A DNA stretch of 64,000 bases from an uncultured Gammaproteobacteria bacterium (GCA_964492735.1 CAZBLE010000002.1:64135-128134); one strand, 5' to 3'. Shown: positions 46,271 through 55,909, counted from the first letter of the stretch. The notes: generated from the letters alone by a model not told the origin. Program-made: numbers and translations.

Positions 46271-46347
46271 GTCATGAATTTGGTGTCAGAGGAGAGATTC
46301 GAACTCTCGACCCCGGGCTTATGAGTCCCGTGCTCTAACCAACTGAG
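46271..46347 (-). tRNA. tRNA-Met(CAT): tRNA-Met(CAU), elongator-like. It could instead be tRNA-Ile2 (the lysidine-modified CAU-anticodon form). CCA is encoded.
   Basis: The reverse complement reads GTCAGGGTAGCTCAGTTGGTTAGAGCACGGGACTCATAAGCCCGGGGTCGAGAGTTCGAATCTCTCCTCTGACACCA, with anticodon loop CTCATAA. Confidence 0.8.
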
Positions 46348-46428
46348 CTACCCTGACAAAGGGAAAATAACCGTAGATGCATCTTCAAGTGACGCAAAGT
46401 CGATTATAAACGCGATTTTGGATTTTGT

Positions 46429-47562
46429 CTAGCCCTGACTGTGTTGTGTCTCTGAGCTTTTTGCATAGCTGCGACTCGCAAGATATGTGGTAATTGGAAC
46501 CGCGAGAATCAGTGCTGTGCTACCAACGATTGTGCGAGCAATCTCTTCTGCTAAAAATTGACTGTTAATAGAAACCCAAAATGGTTGTGTTTGGACCTGG
46601 AACAACAAAATAAGTGGTAGTGAAGATCCAGCATATGCCAATACAAGAGTATTAATGAGTGATGCAATATGCTCTCGGCCAACGCGCATGCCTTTCGTAA
46701 ACAAGTCTTTAAATTGCAGCCGTGGATTGGCATCATGAATTTCTTCAATGGTTGCAGTCAGGGCAGTGGTGACATCATCAAGCACACCAAGTACACCAAT
46801 GATCATGCCGACAAGCAATAAGCCCTTCATATTAATTGTGCCGTTATAGGCAGATTGTGCAAAAAATGCATCTTCAGTTCCTTTGCCAAATAGCTTTGTA
46901 ACCCAAATTGCAAAACTGGAAAAAGCGAAAGCGAGCGCAATGGTGATAATTGTTCCTTGAACTGCAAGGACTGTTTTTTTTGTGATTCCGTGCGCCATGA
47001 AGATGGCAATAACTCCAATGCACACTGCACCAATTCCACCAACAACAACCGGGTTCATGCCTTTTGCAATTTGTGGAACAATAAGATACATCAGCAAGCT
47101 AAAAGAAAATCCAAGTCCCGCAAAAGCAGCAATTGATTTGCGCCCGCCAACAATGACTGCGATGGCAATAAAAATCAGCGTTAAAATAATGACGCCAGTC
47201 AAACGATAGTGATCTGTGATGTAAAACAAATCTTGTGATTCATTTTGTACTTTCAACAAGACTACTTGGTCATTTTTTTTAAAATCTCGTTCTGGTCCGT
47301 CGTCAGGATTTTTAACTTGTTGAATATCACGTGTTTGTGTATTGCCATTTGCGTCGCAGCAGTATTGCACGGTAAATGTTTGTTCTGGCCCATCAGTTGG
47401 GGAGAGGCTATTGCGTACATTTATAACAGTGCCACGAAAGTACTGTAATTCAGAATCTGCTGCAGGAGGAGCAACTGTCGTAGTTTGTGCGTTCGCGGAC
47501 ACAGGCAAGCCGCCGAGGTAGAGGATAATGCTGAGAAAAAAGAAGAGTCGATACATGCTCAC
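46429..47562 (-). CDS. YibE/F-like polytopic membrane protein with an N-terminal extracytoplasmic domain.
   Basis: A signal/anchor, then a ~100-aa hydrophilic domain, then 8 TM helices. Confidence 0.4.
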   Translation of the reverse strand: MSMYRLFFFLSIILYLGGLPVSANAQTTTVAPPAADSELQYFRGTVINVRNSLSPTDGPEQTFTVQYCCDANGNTQTRDIQQVKNPDDGPERDFKKNDQVVLLKVQNESQDLFYITDHYRLTGVIILTLIFIAIAVIVGGRKSIAAFAGLGFSFSLLMYLIVPQIAKGMNPVVVGGIGAVCIGVIAIFMAHGITKKTVLAVQGTIITIALAFAFSSFAIWVTKLFGKGTEDAFFAQSAYNGTINMKGLLLVGMIIGVLGVLDDVTTALTATIEEIHDANPRLQFKDLFTKGMRVGREHIASLINTLVLAYAGSSLPLILLFQVQTQPFWVSINSQFLAEEIARTIVGSTALILAVPITTYLASRSYAKSSETQHSQG

Positions 47563-47588
47563 TAGTATAGTGAGATTTTACGCATTGT

Positions 47589-48554
47589 CTAGTTTGTGCA
47601 GTTCATGGCCGCAGAAAGATTTTGTAGATTTTCTCGCATAATATCAGCATAGGTTGTTCCAGTGTCTTTTTGTTCAGGAGTGAGGCCTTCAATTGGATTC
47701 AAGACTGTTGATTGAGCGCCAACTTCTTGCGCAATGGCTTGAGAAAGTTTTGGGCTTGTGAGGGTTTCAAAGAAAATTGTGCGGATATTTTTTTCTTTTG
47801 CGAGCGTCGCAAGATCTGCTAAGTGACTTGCAGATGGTTCTGATTCAGATGAAATGCCGGCAATAGAATGAACGGTAATGCCATATCGTGCGCCAAGATA
47901 TGAAAAGGCATCGTGAGCGACAATGATTTCTGGAGTTGTGCATTGTGTGAGTGTCGTGCGGTACTCAGCGTCGAGTTCTTCAAGTGTTTTGATGTAGGTA
48001 TCTGCGTTTGATCGGTATTCTGCTGCATGTGCAGGATCTGCAGCAATGAACGCGTCACGCACAATAGCGGCTTCTTGTTGGAGTAATACAGGGTCAAGCC
48101 ATGTGTGTGGATCTTTTGGACCCTCTTCACGTTCTTCTTCTGAGCCTTCTTCGTTGCCAATATGCAGAGCTTCAGAAGTGTCACGGAGCGTCATTGTTTT
48201 TGTCACCTCAACCGTTTGAACGTTTTGTTCAGCGAGTTGTGGGGCAAGTTTTTCCGCCCATGCATCAAGGCCAGCGCCATGATACAGGAAGAGAGAAGTG
48301 TCATAGAGCGCTGCAGTATCACGAGCAGTGGGTTCAAAATCATGAATCTCAATCCCGGGTTTTACAATTGATGTGACAGTGACATGCTCTTTACCAATCT
48401 GCTGTGCGAGTTCTTCTAAGATATAGTATGAAACTCCAACGTAGAGTGTTTGTGTGTCTGATTCAGGTGTTGTTGAGCGAGTCTGATAGGCAATGGCTAT
48501 TCCGGCTCCAATAACAAGGAGTGTGATGAGTGTAATAAAAAGATATTTTTTCAT
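47589..48554 (-). CDS. znuA: Metal (Zn/Mn) ABC transporter substrate-binding protein, ZnuA/TroA cluster-9 family.
   Basis: A signal peptide, the conserved HDFEP and PHTWLDP motifs, and a His/Glu-rich flexible loop (HIGNEEGSEEEREEGPKDPH) as in ZnuA. Confidence 0.85.
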   Translation of the reverse strand: MKKYLFITLITLLVIGAGIAIAYQTRSTTPESDTQTLYVGVSYYILEELAQQIGKEHVTVTSIVKPGIEIHDFEPTARDTAALYDTSLFLYHGAGLDAWAEKLAPQLAEQNVQTVEVTKTMTLRDTSEALHIGNEEGSEEEREEGPKDPHTWLDPVLLQQEAAIVRDAFIAADPAHAAEYRSNADTYIKTLEELDAEYRTTLTQCTTPEIIVAHDAFSYLGARYGITVHSIAGISSESEPSASHLADLATLAKEKNIRTIFFETLTSPKLSQAIAQEVGAQSTVLNPIEGLTPEQKDTGTTYADIMRENLQNLSAAMNCTN

Positions 48555-48560
48555 ATCTTC

Positions 48561-48589
48561 AGACTAACGCAACTCAGTTGCATTTGCAA
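48561..48589 (-). promoter_or_regulatory. znuA promoter with an embedded palindromic operator (GCAACTCAGTTGC).
   Basis: On the minus strand: TTGCAA (-35, 48589-48584), a 17-nt spacer holding the palindrome at 48569-48581, then TAGTCT (-10, 48566-48561). About 7 nt separates it from the ATG. Confidence 0.55.
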
Positions 48590-48624
48590 GGGGAATGTGT
48601 GGAAAACAGAAAATCCTCTTTAGT

Positions 48625-49065
48625 TTATTGGCAATTTTTACACACCCCGACAAATTCGAGAGAGTGATCTAAGACACGAAACCCAGTTTGTTTTTTAATA
48701 TGTTTGCTTGCTGCAATGAGTTCTTGTGGCATATCAACATCTGCAACGGCGCCGCATTCAATGCATTGGATGTGATGATGATGACTACCAAGGGCGAGTT
48801 CATACCGCTTCATTTGCTCGCTCCCAAACTGGATTTCTTCAATGAGTTTTTCAGAAAGTAAAAATTCCAGTTCGCGATAGACTGTTGTTTTGTTGACAGT
48901 GAGTTTTTTGCGTTCCAAACCTTTGAGGATTTCTTGAACAGTCAGTGGAATGTGTGATGAGAAAAAAATACCAAGGACAGCTCGACGAGTCTGGGTAATT
49001 CGATGGCCTTTGTCGCGTAATGTTTCAATAACCGCTTCTGGCGTTGTCGATTCAGCATGTTTCAT
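48625..49065 (-). CDS. zur: Fur-family metalloregulator (likely Zur).
   Basis: A winged-helix N-terminus, an HHHH motif, and CIECG...CKNC (a structural Zn site). It is adjacent to znuA. Confidence 0.8.
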   Translation of the reverse strand: MKHAESTTPEAVIETLRDKGHRITQTRRAVLGIFFSSHIPLTVQEILKGLERKKLTVNKTTVYRELEFLLSEKLIEEIQFGSEQMKRYELALGSHHHHIQCIECGAVADVDMPQELIAASKHIKKQTGFRVLDHSLEFVGVCKNCQ

Positions 49066-49451
49066 ACGGTTGTTGTATGCAATTTTGCCGTGAAAGTCAA
49101 TCCTTGGTCAATCAGAAATTGAGATAGAATAACATCAACAGTTTCTGGCGTGTAAAACTCACATTGAATCATGTTTCTGTGCACTTTCGCTTCTAGATCT
49201 CGTAAGAGTTGCTTTGGCGGCGATGTTTTTTTGTACAGGCAAAGTGTTGGTTTTTGGGTGAGCAACATATGGGTGATAATAAATCGAATTTCCTGTGATG
49301 GTTCTGTGACTTCTAAAACGACCGCGTCAATACTTTTAAAAAAATCTACTGCTATTTTTTCTCGAGCATACACGTGAATATTATTTTGGTTACAAAAAGT
49401 TTCTATTCCGCGGTTATTCAGCTTTTCAGCTAGATATATTTGCATAGTCAT
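49062..49451 (-). CDS. Hypothetical Rossmann-like protein (nucleoside 2-deoxyribosyltransferase-like fold?).
   Basis: IYLAEKL...DAVVLEVTEPSQEIRFIITHMLLTQKPTLCLY resembles the N-deoxyribosyltransferase-like pattern. It overlaps the zur start by 4 nt (ATGA). Confidence 0.3.
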   Translation of the reverse strand: MTMQIYLAEKLNNRGIETFCNQNNIHVYAREKIAVDFFKSIDAVVLEVTEPSQEIRFIITHMLLTQKPTLCLYKKTSPPKQLLRDLEAKVHRNMIQCEFYTPETVDVILSQFLIDQGLTFTAKLHTTTV

Positions 49452-49578
49452 GCACTAAACTCTAAAGTAAAAAATCGTCAGGTGTAATCATTTTTCGCTG
49501 CTGTTACAAAAAAATATCCTAAAACATTGACGAAATTGGCTATATGATATACGACTATGTCAAATTATATTTTACAGT

Positions 49579-50340
49579 ATGTCCATCGACACAAAGAATA
49601 TTTTACGGCAAATCGGTTTTACAGATTCTGAAATTTTGATATATCTTGCTGCTATTCAGTATGGGCCAATGACTGTTATTGAGTTGGCAAAGCATTCTGG
49701 GCTCACTCGCCAAATGGTCTATACACTCCTGCCGCGTCTTGAAAAAGAAAGTTTAATGAAAGAAGTGCGGTCTGATAGTAAGCGTTTATTTGCAGCCACT
49801 GATCCAAAATTATTAGAAGATCGCGTAAACATGATTGCGCGTGATGTACGGTATGTGATTCCGCAATTACAAATGATGCATTCAGAGAATGCAATGTTAC
49901 CGATTATGACTGTTTATGATAATCCTTTGAGCATTCGGGAGTTGTATCGTCGTTTTATGAAAGAAGCTGTGCCAGAAGAAGATGTTCGTTTGTGGGTAAC
50001 GAATAAAGTGTGGGTGAGTATGGATGCCGATTATTTACGGACGTTTGTGCATTTTAAAAATAAGCATAGAATACGTGATTTAATTATTGCACCTGACACC
50101 AAAGAGTCGCGGTCATATGCAAAAGAAATGTTTCAACCGTATTCTGAGTACCGTTTTTTGAAAGATCATTGGAATACAAATGCAGAGAAATGGATCTGGA
50201 GAGATATTATTGTATACTTAACAATTAGCGATGAAGCAACAAATTTAATAGTCGTTGAATCACCCGCACTCGCAGCAATTGAACGGGCTGGGTTTGACGC
50301 TGTTTGGAGGTCATTACCAAAAGGGAGGAAGTCTATGTAG
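49579..50340 (+). CDS. TrmB-family transcriptional regulator.
   Basis: N-terminal HTH ILRQIGFTDSEILIYLAAIQYGPMTVIELAKHSGLTRQMVYTLLPRLEKESLM, plus a C-terminal TrmB-like domain. Confidence 0.55.
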   Translation: MSIDTKNILRQIGFTDSEILIYLAAIQYGPMTVIELAKHSGLTRQMVYTLLPRLEKESLMKEVRSDSKRLFAATDPKLLEDRVNMIARDVRYVIPQLQMMHSENAMLPIMTVYDNPLSIRELYRRFMKEAVPEEDVRLWVTNKVWVSMDADYLRTFVHFKNKHRIRDLIIAPDTKESRSYAKEMFQPYSEYRFLKDHWNTNAEKWIWRDIIVYLTISDEATNLIVVESPALAAIERAGFDAVWRSLPKGRKSM

Positions 50341-50491
50341 ATATTGATATGAGGCGTGAAGGTACAAAAATTTTGAGGAGGATATTTGTATCAGGTATAT
50401 TGTTTATCAAATAAGAAAGGGAACCAGCACGCCGACCCAACTCTGCTCAGTGAGGGAGGGTGGTCCTTGTGCTGGTTGGCGCGTTTATCTG

Positions 50492-51011
50492 TCAGGTCGC
50501 CGCGCGGTAGGTCGTTGCGCTGGGGCGGATGCAGAGCCAGTCATCGGGGTAGATCAGGTCGTCGTCAGTAAGGTTCGTCACAACGAACCCGGAGTTGATG
50601 ACGACCACATCATCGCCGTAGCGCTGCTTGAGCTCTTTCACCGTCCAACCAGCTTCTTCGCTGGCGATGGTGATCTGTGCGGCTCGGGGGTAGCGGAAGG
50701 TGATCCGCAGTCCAGCAGGGAGGGGGGTATCTCGGTTGAGGTCTTCGATGAGCTCGAGACCTTCGCCATCCGCGATTGCCAAGCCACGAATGTCTGCGAG
50801 GTCTTCTGCTTCCACGAGCTCCTCGAGAAGTTGACCGAGAGTCTGTCCCTCAAAGGTCTCTCCCGTTGCGATGCGGCCCCCGGCGCTCACCATCCGTCCC
50901 GTTCCCAGGACGATGTAGTTGCAGCCGCCGAGCTGCGTCATCGTGGCTGCCGCGAACATCGCACCAAGCCTAGTTAACAATCCTCTGCGTGTCAGGCTCA
51001 TAGGAGCGCCT
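50492..51011 (-). CDS. Twin-arginine (Tat) signal lipoprotein, hypothetical. GC-rich.
   Basis: AGGAGG lies 7 nt upstream of ATG 51011. MSLTRRGLLTRLGAMFAAATMTQLGGC gives an RR motif plus an LGGC lipobox. The C-terminal half is beta-grasp-like. Confidence 0.5.
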
Positions 51012-51413
51012 CCTGGTTTGTTTGCTCCGAAGATTTGTCGATGCGGCGCCATCAACAAATTTTGGCAACAAAAAAACCGGGCACAGCCGGAATATCAAAA
51101 ATATTCACATACGCTGTTTCCACTCCACGAGAAACGTCAGAAAAATCTTTGAACTGGACCTGGCTTATTCGCTCTTCCAGAGAAGGCGACATGACAGTTG
51201 CGGGTCAGCGCTGGGAATCACACCCAGACTTCCGTTGCAAAGAAGGTGACAAACTTCGAACAAAGAACGATAGTACAAGCACTATAACATAGTTTTTCAA
51301 TTACTACATCTAGTGTTATCCACAGAGAATAGGCACTATAGAGCGGATTTATTAATGAACGCCATTTTTTAGCAAAAAAATATGAAGAAGGGAATATGGT
51401 CATTGCTCCACTG

Positions 51414-52193
51414 TCAGTGAATGTGACCTTCTTCCTCTTCTTCATACACACGACCACTGTGGTCCGTGTGGTCGTGGTGCGCACCCGGCTTTACAATGTG
51501 ATGGTCAAAGCCGGCACGGAACTGGACCCCGAGGCTGCCGCACTTGCTCTGGCACCAGTCAGTGCCAGTAAAGCCTGCATGTGAACTCATGAGCATGAGC
51601 TCGTAGATTCCGCGGCTCATGTGTCCGGTTTCAAGGCGTAGCACGAGACCGATGTTTAGCTCAGCATAACTGACGCCGAAGAAGCTACTTGAGTGAGCCT
51701 CTGGTACAAATGCCGGTGCCCATTCAATCCGCGCACCAATGCCAAAGCTGCGGCGAGTCTCAATATGAGGCACAACTGTCAGCGCGATTTGCGCATCTTC
51801 AGCGTCCGCGTGGACCTCTAAGTCACCGTAGAGTCGGAAGTTGCCGCCTGGCAAGCCCCAGCGCGTGTCAATGACACCGCCGCCAGAGATTGCGACCCCA
51901 TTTTGTTCAAGATGCAGACCGAGAGCTGGCCCGATGTCAACTTCAAACCACTGGCCATTTTCTGTGTGGCCGTGGATGTCGAGGCCAGCGTGGCAATCTC
52001 CATGCCCAAGCAAAGTCCCATCAGAACTGGTGATACCAGATCCAACAAGGCCGCCGTGGCAGCCAATCGAAAAGGCAATGGGGATTTTCCCTTCTGCCTC
52101 ATGTGCATGCTCATCTTCTTCCGCGACTGCTTTCGCAAGCGGAAAAAAGAGCACGAAGAAAGAGCAGATAAACAACCGGACAATTGAACGCAT
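51414..52193 (-). CDS. Secreted His-rich (putative metal-binding) protein. GC-rich.
   Basis: A signal peptide. His clusters at both ends (EEDEHAHEAEG...; ...GAHHDHTDHSGRVYEEEEEGHIH) and many internal His/Asp residues. Its promoter shares the znuA operator. Confidence 0.5.
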   Translation of the reverse strand: MRSIVRLFICSFFVLFFPLAKAVAEEDEHAHEAEGKIPIAFSIGCHGGLVGSGITSSDGTLLGHGDCHAGLDIHGHTENGQWFEVDIGPALGLHLEQNGVAISGGGVIDTRWGLPGGNFRLYGDLEVHADAEDAQIALTVVPHIETRRSFGIGARIEWAPAFVPEAHSSSFFGVSYAELNIGLVLRLETGHMSRGIYELMLMSSHAGFTGTDWCQSKCGSLGVQFRAGFDHHIVKPGAHHDHTDHSGRVYEEEEEGHIH

Positions 52194-52265
52194 GGGAAGC
52201 CTCTATGGAAAGGGTGTTTTTTGCAAAGAACAAATGATTGATACAGCGACACAACAAGCGGCCGT

Positions 52266-52294
52266 ATCTTAATGCAACTTAGTTGCGTTTGCAA
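52266..52294 (-). promoter_or_regulatory. Promoter of the His-rich protein gene with the same embedded palindrome (GCAACTTAGTTGC).
   Basis: On the minus strand: TTGCAA (52294-52289), a 17-nt spacer holding the palindrome at 52274-52286, then TAAGAT (52271-52266). A 26-nt block is nearly identical to the znuA promoter at 48565-48593. Confidence 0.55.
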
Positions 52295-52347
52295 GGGGCG
52301 GATATTAAAAAAATGTGGACAACTGTCCAAAATGAGTGATGAGTGGA

Positions 52348-53220
52348 TTAGAGTGTGGAAGAATGAACGCCGCCGCTTTGTGCCCAATAGTCACGATAGA
52401 GCTGTGATAGCTCAAGAACTCTTGGCGTAATTGTTTCAAATACAAAATCATCAATTGATTTTATTGGCAACACTTTTGTGCTCGTGCTGGTGAGAAACGC
52501 GCCGTCGTATGAGCTGATTTCAGAAAGGTGAATTGGTCGCTGTTCAACAGACCAACCGTTTTGAATCGCAATGTCTTGCAGAACAATCTTTGTTACACCT
52601 TCAAGAATCTCTGCTTGCGGTGGGTGATAGAGGATTTTTTTATCTGTATTCACTGTAAAAAAATTAGTGCGCGTGCCTTCAGTGATTTCTTGGTTGCGAT
52701 TGAGCAAGAGTGCGTCATACGCGCCATGTTTTTTCGCTTCACGGTACGCCAAGTAACTGCCAAGCATTGCAAGAGTTTTCGCCTCTGGAAATGGCCGTTC
52801 ATATGAATGCGTAATCGTATGGCAACCGGTTTTATAGAGTTTCCGATCAACAAACAATGGAGCTGAAGCAAAGAGATAGAGTTGTACATCAGCGGGATTT
52901 GCTGCGCCCAGAAATAAGATTTTGATATTACATGTCTGAGCGATCGCAAGAGCGTGAGTAATAAATGTATTCAGCTGCTCAGTAATCTGCTGCGTTGTAA
53001 AGGCATGTTCAAGGTCAATGTGATGCGCGGAATGCAGTAGTCGATCAACATGTTGCTGCGTAAAATACGCAATACCATTTTCAATCCGAATGGTTTCATA
53101 GACCCCAAAGCCATATTCGAGTTCTGTGTTTGCGACTGGCAGGACAGCGTCAGCGGCTGGTAGGAGCTCGCCATTACGCATACAGAGTTGTTCAAGTGAG
53201 TGATTCATAGTCAGTTCCAT
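52348..53220 (-). CDS. Class IV (fold-type IV) aminotransferase (IlvE/Dat/PabC family).
   Basis: EGTRTNFF, the PLP-Lys region and EGVTK at the C-terminus. I place the start at ATG 53220 or 53208 to avoid a 146-nt overlap with the upstream HD gene. Confidence 0.7.
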   Translation of the reverse strand: MELTMNHSLEQLCMRNGELLPAADAVLPVANTELEYGFGVYETIRIENGIAYFTQQHVDRLLHSAHHIDLEHAFTTQQITEQLNTFITHALAIAQTCNIKILFLGAANPADVQLYLFASAPLFVDRKLYKTGCHTITHSYERPFPEAKTLAMLGSYLAYREAKKHGAYDALLLNRNQEITEGTRTNFFTVNTDKKILYHPPQAEILEGVTKIVLQDIAIQNGWSVEQRPIHLSEISSYDGAFLTSTSTKVLPIKSIDDFVFETITPRVLELSQLYRDYWAQSGGVHSSTL

Positions 53221-53821
53221 TCCATTCCGCGAGGAATTGTTGTTTATATTCTTCAAGGAGGCGATGTCGTTCATTGCCAATCCGTTGTCCGCTATCGGTG
53301 TTGAGTAAATCGCGTAACCGTAAGAGTTTTTCGTCAAAGTGAACGACTGTCGATTCTGTATCAGTCACGTTGTACATCGCGCGACCAGTAGCACCGCCAT
53401 AGGCAAACGCTCGACCAATACCAATCGCGCCCATCGCATCCAATCGGTCAGCGTCTTGAACACACTTGCCTTCAAGTGATTCCATGTTTTTCTTGCCGCC
53501 TGAACCGCTGAATGACACCTTTTCAACAATCTCAGAAACAATAACTGCAGTTGCTTCATCACCACCAGCTGCCAGAATCATTTCTTTGGCCATTCGTGGG
53601 CCAATTTCACGATCACCATTATGAAATTTATGGTCGGCAATATCGTGGAGCAGAGCAGCGAGTGTGACAATATACAGGTCGGCATTTTCACGAGCAGCGA
53701 TCCATTGAGCGAGTTTCACCACACGCTCTACATGTGACCAATCATGCCCACTTGAATCTCCGGCCATTGCAGCATGTGCTTGAGCTGTAATGGTTTCGAT
53801 GATGTTGTTATTGTTTTCCAT
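53192..53821 (-). CDS. HD-domain metal-dependent phosphohydrolase.
   Basis: HD motif (LLHDIADHKF) and a downstream DADRLDAMGAIGIGRAF motif. Confidence 0.65.
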   Translation of the reverse strand: MENNNNIIETITAQAHAAMAGDSSGHDWSHVERVVKLAQWIAARENADLYIVTLAALLHDIADHKFHNGDREIGPRMAKEMILAAGGDEATAVIVSEIVEKVSFSGSGGKKNMESLEGKCVQDADRLDAMGAIGIGRAFAYGGATGRAMYNVTDTESTVVHFDEKLLRLRDLLNTDSGQRIGNERHRLLEEYKQQFLAEWNGTDYESLT

Positions 53822-54386
53822 TACGGTGTGGGTAGGCAATAATAGTGATTGCAGTGAGTAAGCAGTTTAAGCCAAGGAGAATTGTGAGTTGCATCAGTGC
53901 AACGTTGCCGAATTTCCAAATCAGCGGCAGATAGAGGATTGCTGCGCAGAGACACCCTATCCAATAATCAAGCGGTAATTTGAAGAGCCATGTGCGATGC
54001 CACCAAACAGCTTTTGGACCGAAGTCACGTAGCGCATAATGCGGATTCAATACAAACCAGAGGAAATCCCAAATGACGGCAAACACAAAAAAGAATGCGA
54101 GGACTTGGATTTCTTGTTCCAGGCTCCATGTCCAATTCCAGACAAACGGCAGATGAAAGAAGAATAAGAGGAGGGTGAAGAGGGAGAGGTGATAGCCGGT
54201 CATGTCTTTGCGGGTGAGCGCATAGGTGATTTTGGCAGTGCGGCTGTTTTTGTCTGGTTTCCAGGCAGGCAAATTTGCAGCCCAGCCGTCGCGACCTTCA
54301 ATTTGAATTTCCAGAATCGCGAGAATGACACCAACGATAAAGATATAGAACACCAATAGTGTGAATTGAGAGAGGGTGAGCAACAT
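53808..54386 (-). CDS. Hypothetical membrane protein (5-6 TM, Trp-rich).
   Basis: Hydrophobic helices. No known domain. Confidence 0.35.
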   Translation of the reverse strand: MLLTLSQFTLLVFYIFIVGVILAILEIQIEGRDGWAANLPAWKPDKNSRTAKITYALTRKDMTGYHLSLFTLLLFFFHLPFVWNWTWSLEQEIQVLAFFFVFAVIWDFLWFVLNPHYALRDFGPKAVWWHRTWLFKLPLDYWIGCLCAAILYLPLIWKFGNVALMQLTILLGLNCLLTAITIIAYPHRNGKQ

Positions 54387-54394
54387 AGGAAAAA

Positions 54395-55909
54395 ATGAAT
54401 GATTGTTTTATACTGCTTAGTATGACGAATATCACAGAGACTGACAAACGCCGCCAGCGAGTGTTGCAGGAAGGTGTAACTGATTTCGACAGTGCACCGC
54501 AGGCCGTGGTCTATTGGATGACACGAGAAATGCGGGTGCACGATAATTGGAGTTTGCTGACTGCGATTGAGATTGCCAATCAGCAGCAAGTGCCAGTAGT
54601 TGTCATCTACAACCTGAAAGCGGATTATCTTGGTGGCGGCGCTCGGCAGTATCATTTGAAGTTGCAGGGTTTGCAGAGTGTTGAAACAGGATTGCGCAAA
54701 CACCATATTCAACTGCTTGTCACAACAGGCGACGATGCAGAATCTGAGATGCACGCACTTTTGAATAAATGGAATGTGCAAACAGTTGTTGTTGATTTCA
54801 ACCCACTGCGGATTCAGCAAGAGTGGAATGCGGCATTGATGAAGCAGTTGCCGAACGTATCGCTCATTGAAGTGGATGCGCATAATATTGTCCCGGTGTG
54901 GGAGACATCTGAAAAACAAGAATGGGCAGCGCGCACCATTAGGCCAAAAATTCACAAACGCTTGCCAGAGTTTTTAACAGAATTTCCAGCAACCCACGCA
55001 CCAAAGCAACAGCGGCTCCTTGCAGATGTGTATCCGCAACCAAAAGCGCCGCATTGGGAGGCGCTTGAAAAAGCCGGGCCAAAACCGCAAGAGATTGACG
55101 CGGAAATTGCAGTGATGGGAGGGGAAGTTCCTGCTCACAAAAAGCTTGAGGTATTTATCAAGAGGTTGAAAGGATACGGCATCGACCGCAATGACCCGAC
55201 GATCGATGGCCAGTCTGATTTGTCACCCTATTTGCATTACGGCATGATTGCGCCGCAACGTGTTGCGCTCTCGGTAATTGCAGAGGCAGGTGTGTCGGTT
55301 GAGCGGTTATTTGATGCGCGGCAAAATGCGGCTTCTCGAGAAAAGCAATCCAAACAAATGTCGCTCGCAGATTCCGCTGCAGCGTTTTTGGAAGAGCTGA
55401 TTGTGCGCCGCGAGCTGTCGGACAACTATTGTTTGTATCAACCGCACTACGATTCCTTTGCAGGTTTTCCGGATTGGGCACAGCAGACCTTAAACGCGCA
55501 TCGTCGGGACACGCGAGAATATCTCTATACATTAAAAGAGTTTGAACAAGGTAAGACACATGACACAGCGTGGAATGCGGCGCAGCTGCAAATGGTGCGA
55601 ACCGGGAAAATGCACGGGTATATGCGCATGTATTGGGCAAAAAAAATACTGGAATGGACGAAAGATCCTGAGCAAGCGCAAAAATGGGCGATTGTGCTGA
55701 ATGATCGGTATTCACTGGATGGACGAGATCCGAATGGATATGTCGGCATTGCGTGGTCGATCGGCGGTGTGCATGACAGGCCGTGGTTTGATCGAGAGGT
55801 TTTTGGGACTGTTCGGTTTATGGCAGAGTCGGGTCTCAAAAAAAAGTTTGACCTTGAAGCGTATGTTGCCAAGTGGGCGCCGAGTAGTACAAATGGGACG
55901 TTATTTTAA
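54395..55909 (+). CDS. phr: Class II CPD deoxyribodipyrimidine photolyase.
   Basis: PVVVIYNL and the C-terminal FAD-binding signature ...WAIVLNDRYSLDGRDPNGYVGIAWSIGGVHDRPWFDREVFGTVRFM, typical of class II photolyases. The start could be ATG 54422. Confidence 0.85.
   Translation: MNDCFILLSMTNITETDKRRQRVLQEGVTDFDSAPQAVVYWMTREMRVHDNWSLLTAIEIANQQQVPVVVIYNLKADYLGGGARQYHLKLQGLQSVETGLRKHHIQLLVTTGDDAESEMHALLNKWNVQTVVVDFNPLRIQQEWNAALMKQLPNVSLIEVDAHNIVPVWETSEKQEWAARTIRPKIHKRLPEFLTEFPATHAPKQQRLLADVYPQPKAPHWEALEKAGPKPQEIDAEIAVMGGEVPAHKKLEVFIKRLKGYGIDRNDPTIDGQSDLSPYLHYGMIAPQRVALSVIAEAGVSVERLFDARQNAASREKQSKQMSLADSAAAFLEELIVRRELSDNYCLYQPHYDSFAGFPDWAQQTLNAHRRDTREYLYTLKEFEQGKTHDTAWNAAQLQMVRTGKMHGYMRMYWAKKILEWTKDPEQAQKWAIVLNDRYSLDGRDPNGYVGIAWSIGGVHDRPWFDREVFGTVRFMAESGLKKKFDLEAYVAKWAPSSTNGTLF

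Noticed and set aside
54386-54395. Divergent membrane-protein and photolyase start codons only 8 nt apart.
   Set aside because: This probably reflects a mis-chosen start for one gene. The photolyase may begin at ATG 54422, or the membrane protein at an internal Met. It is not evidence of a special regulatory structure.
54200-54955. A 251-aa minus-strand ORF overlapping the photolyase N-terminus.
   Set aside because: The plus-strand frame carries a clear class II photolyase homology. The antisense frame is Cys/His-rich and low-complexity.
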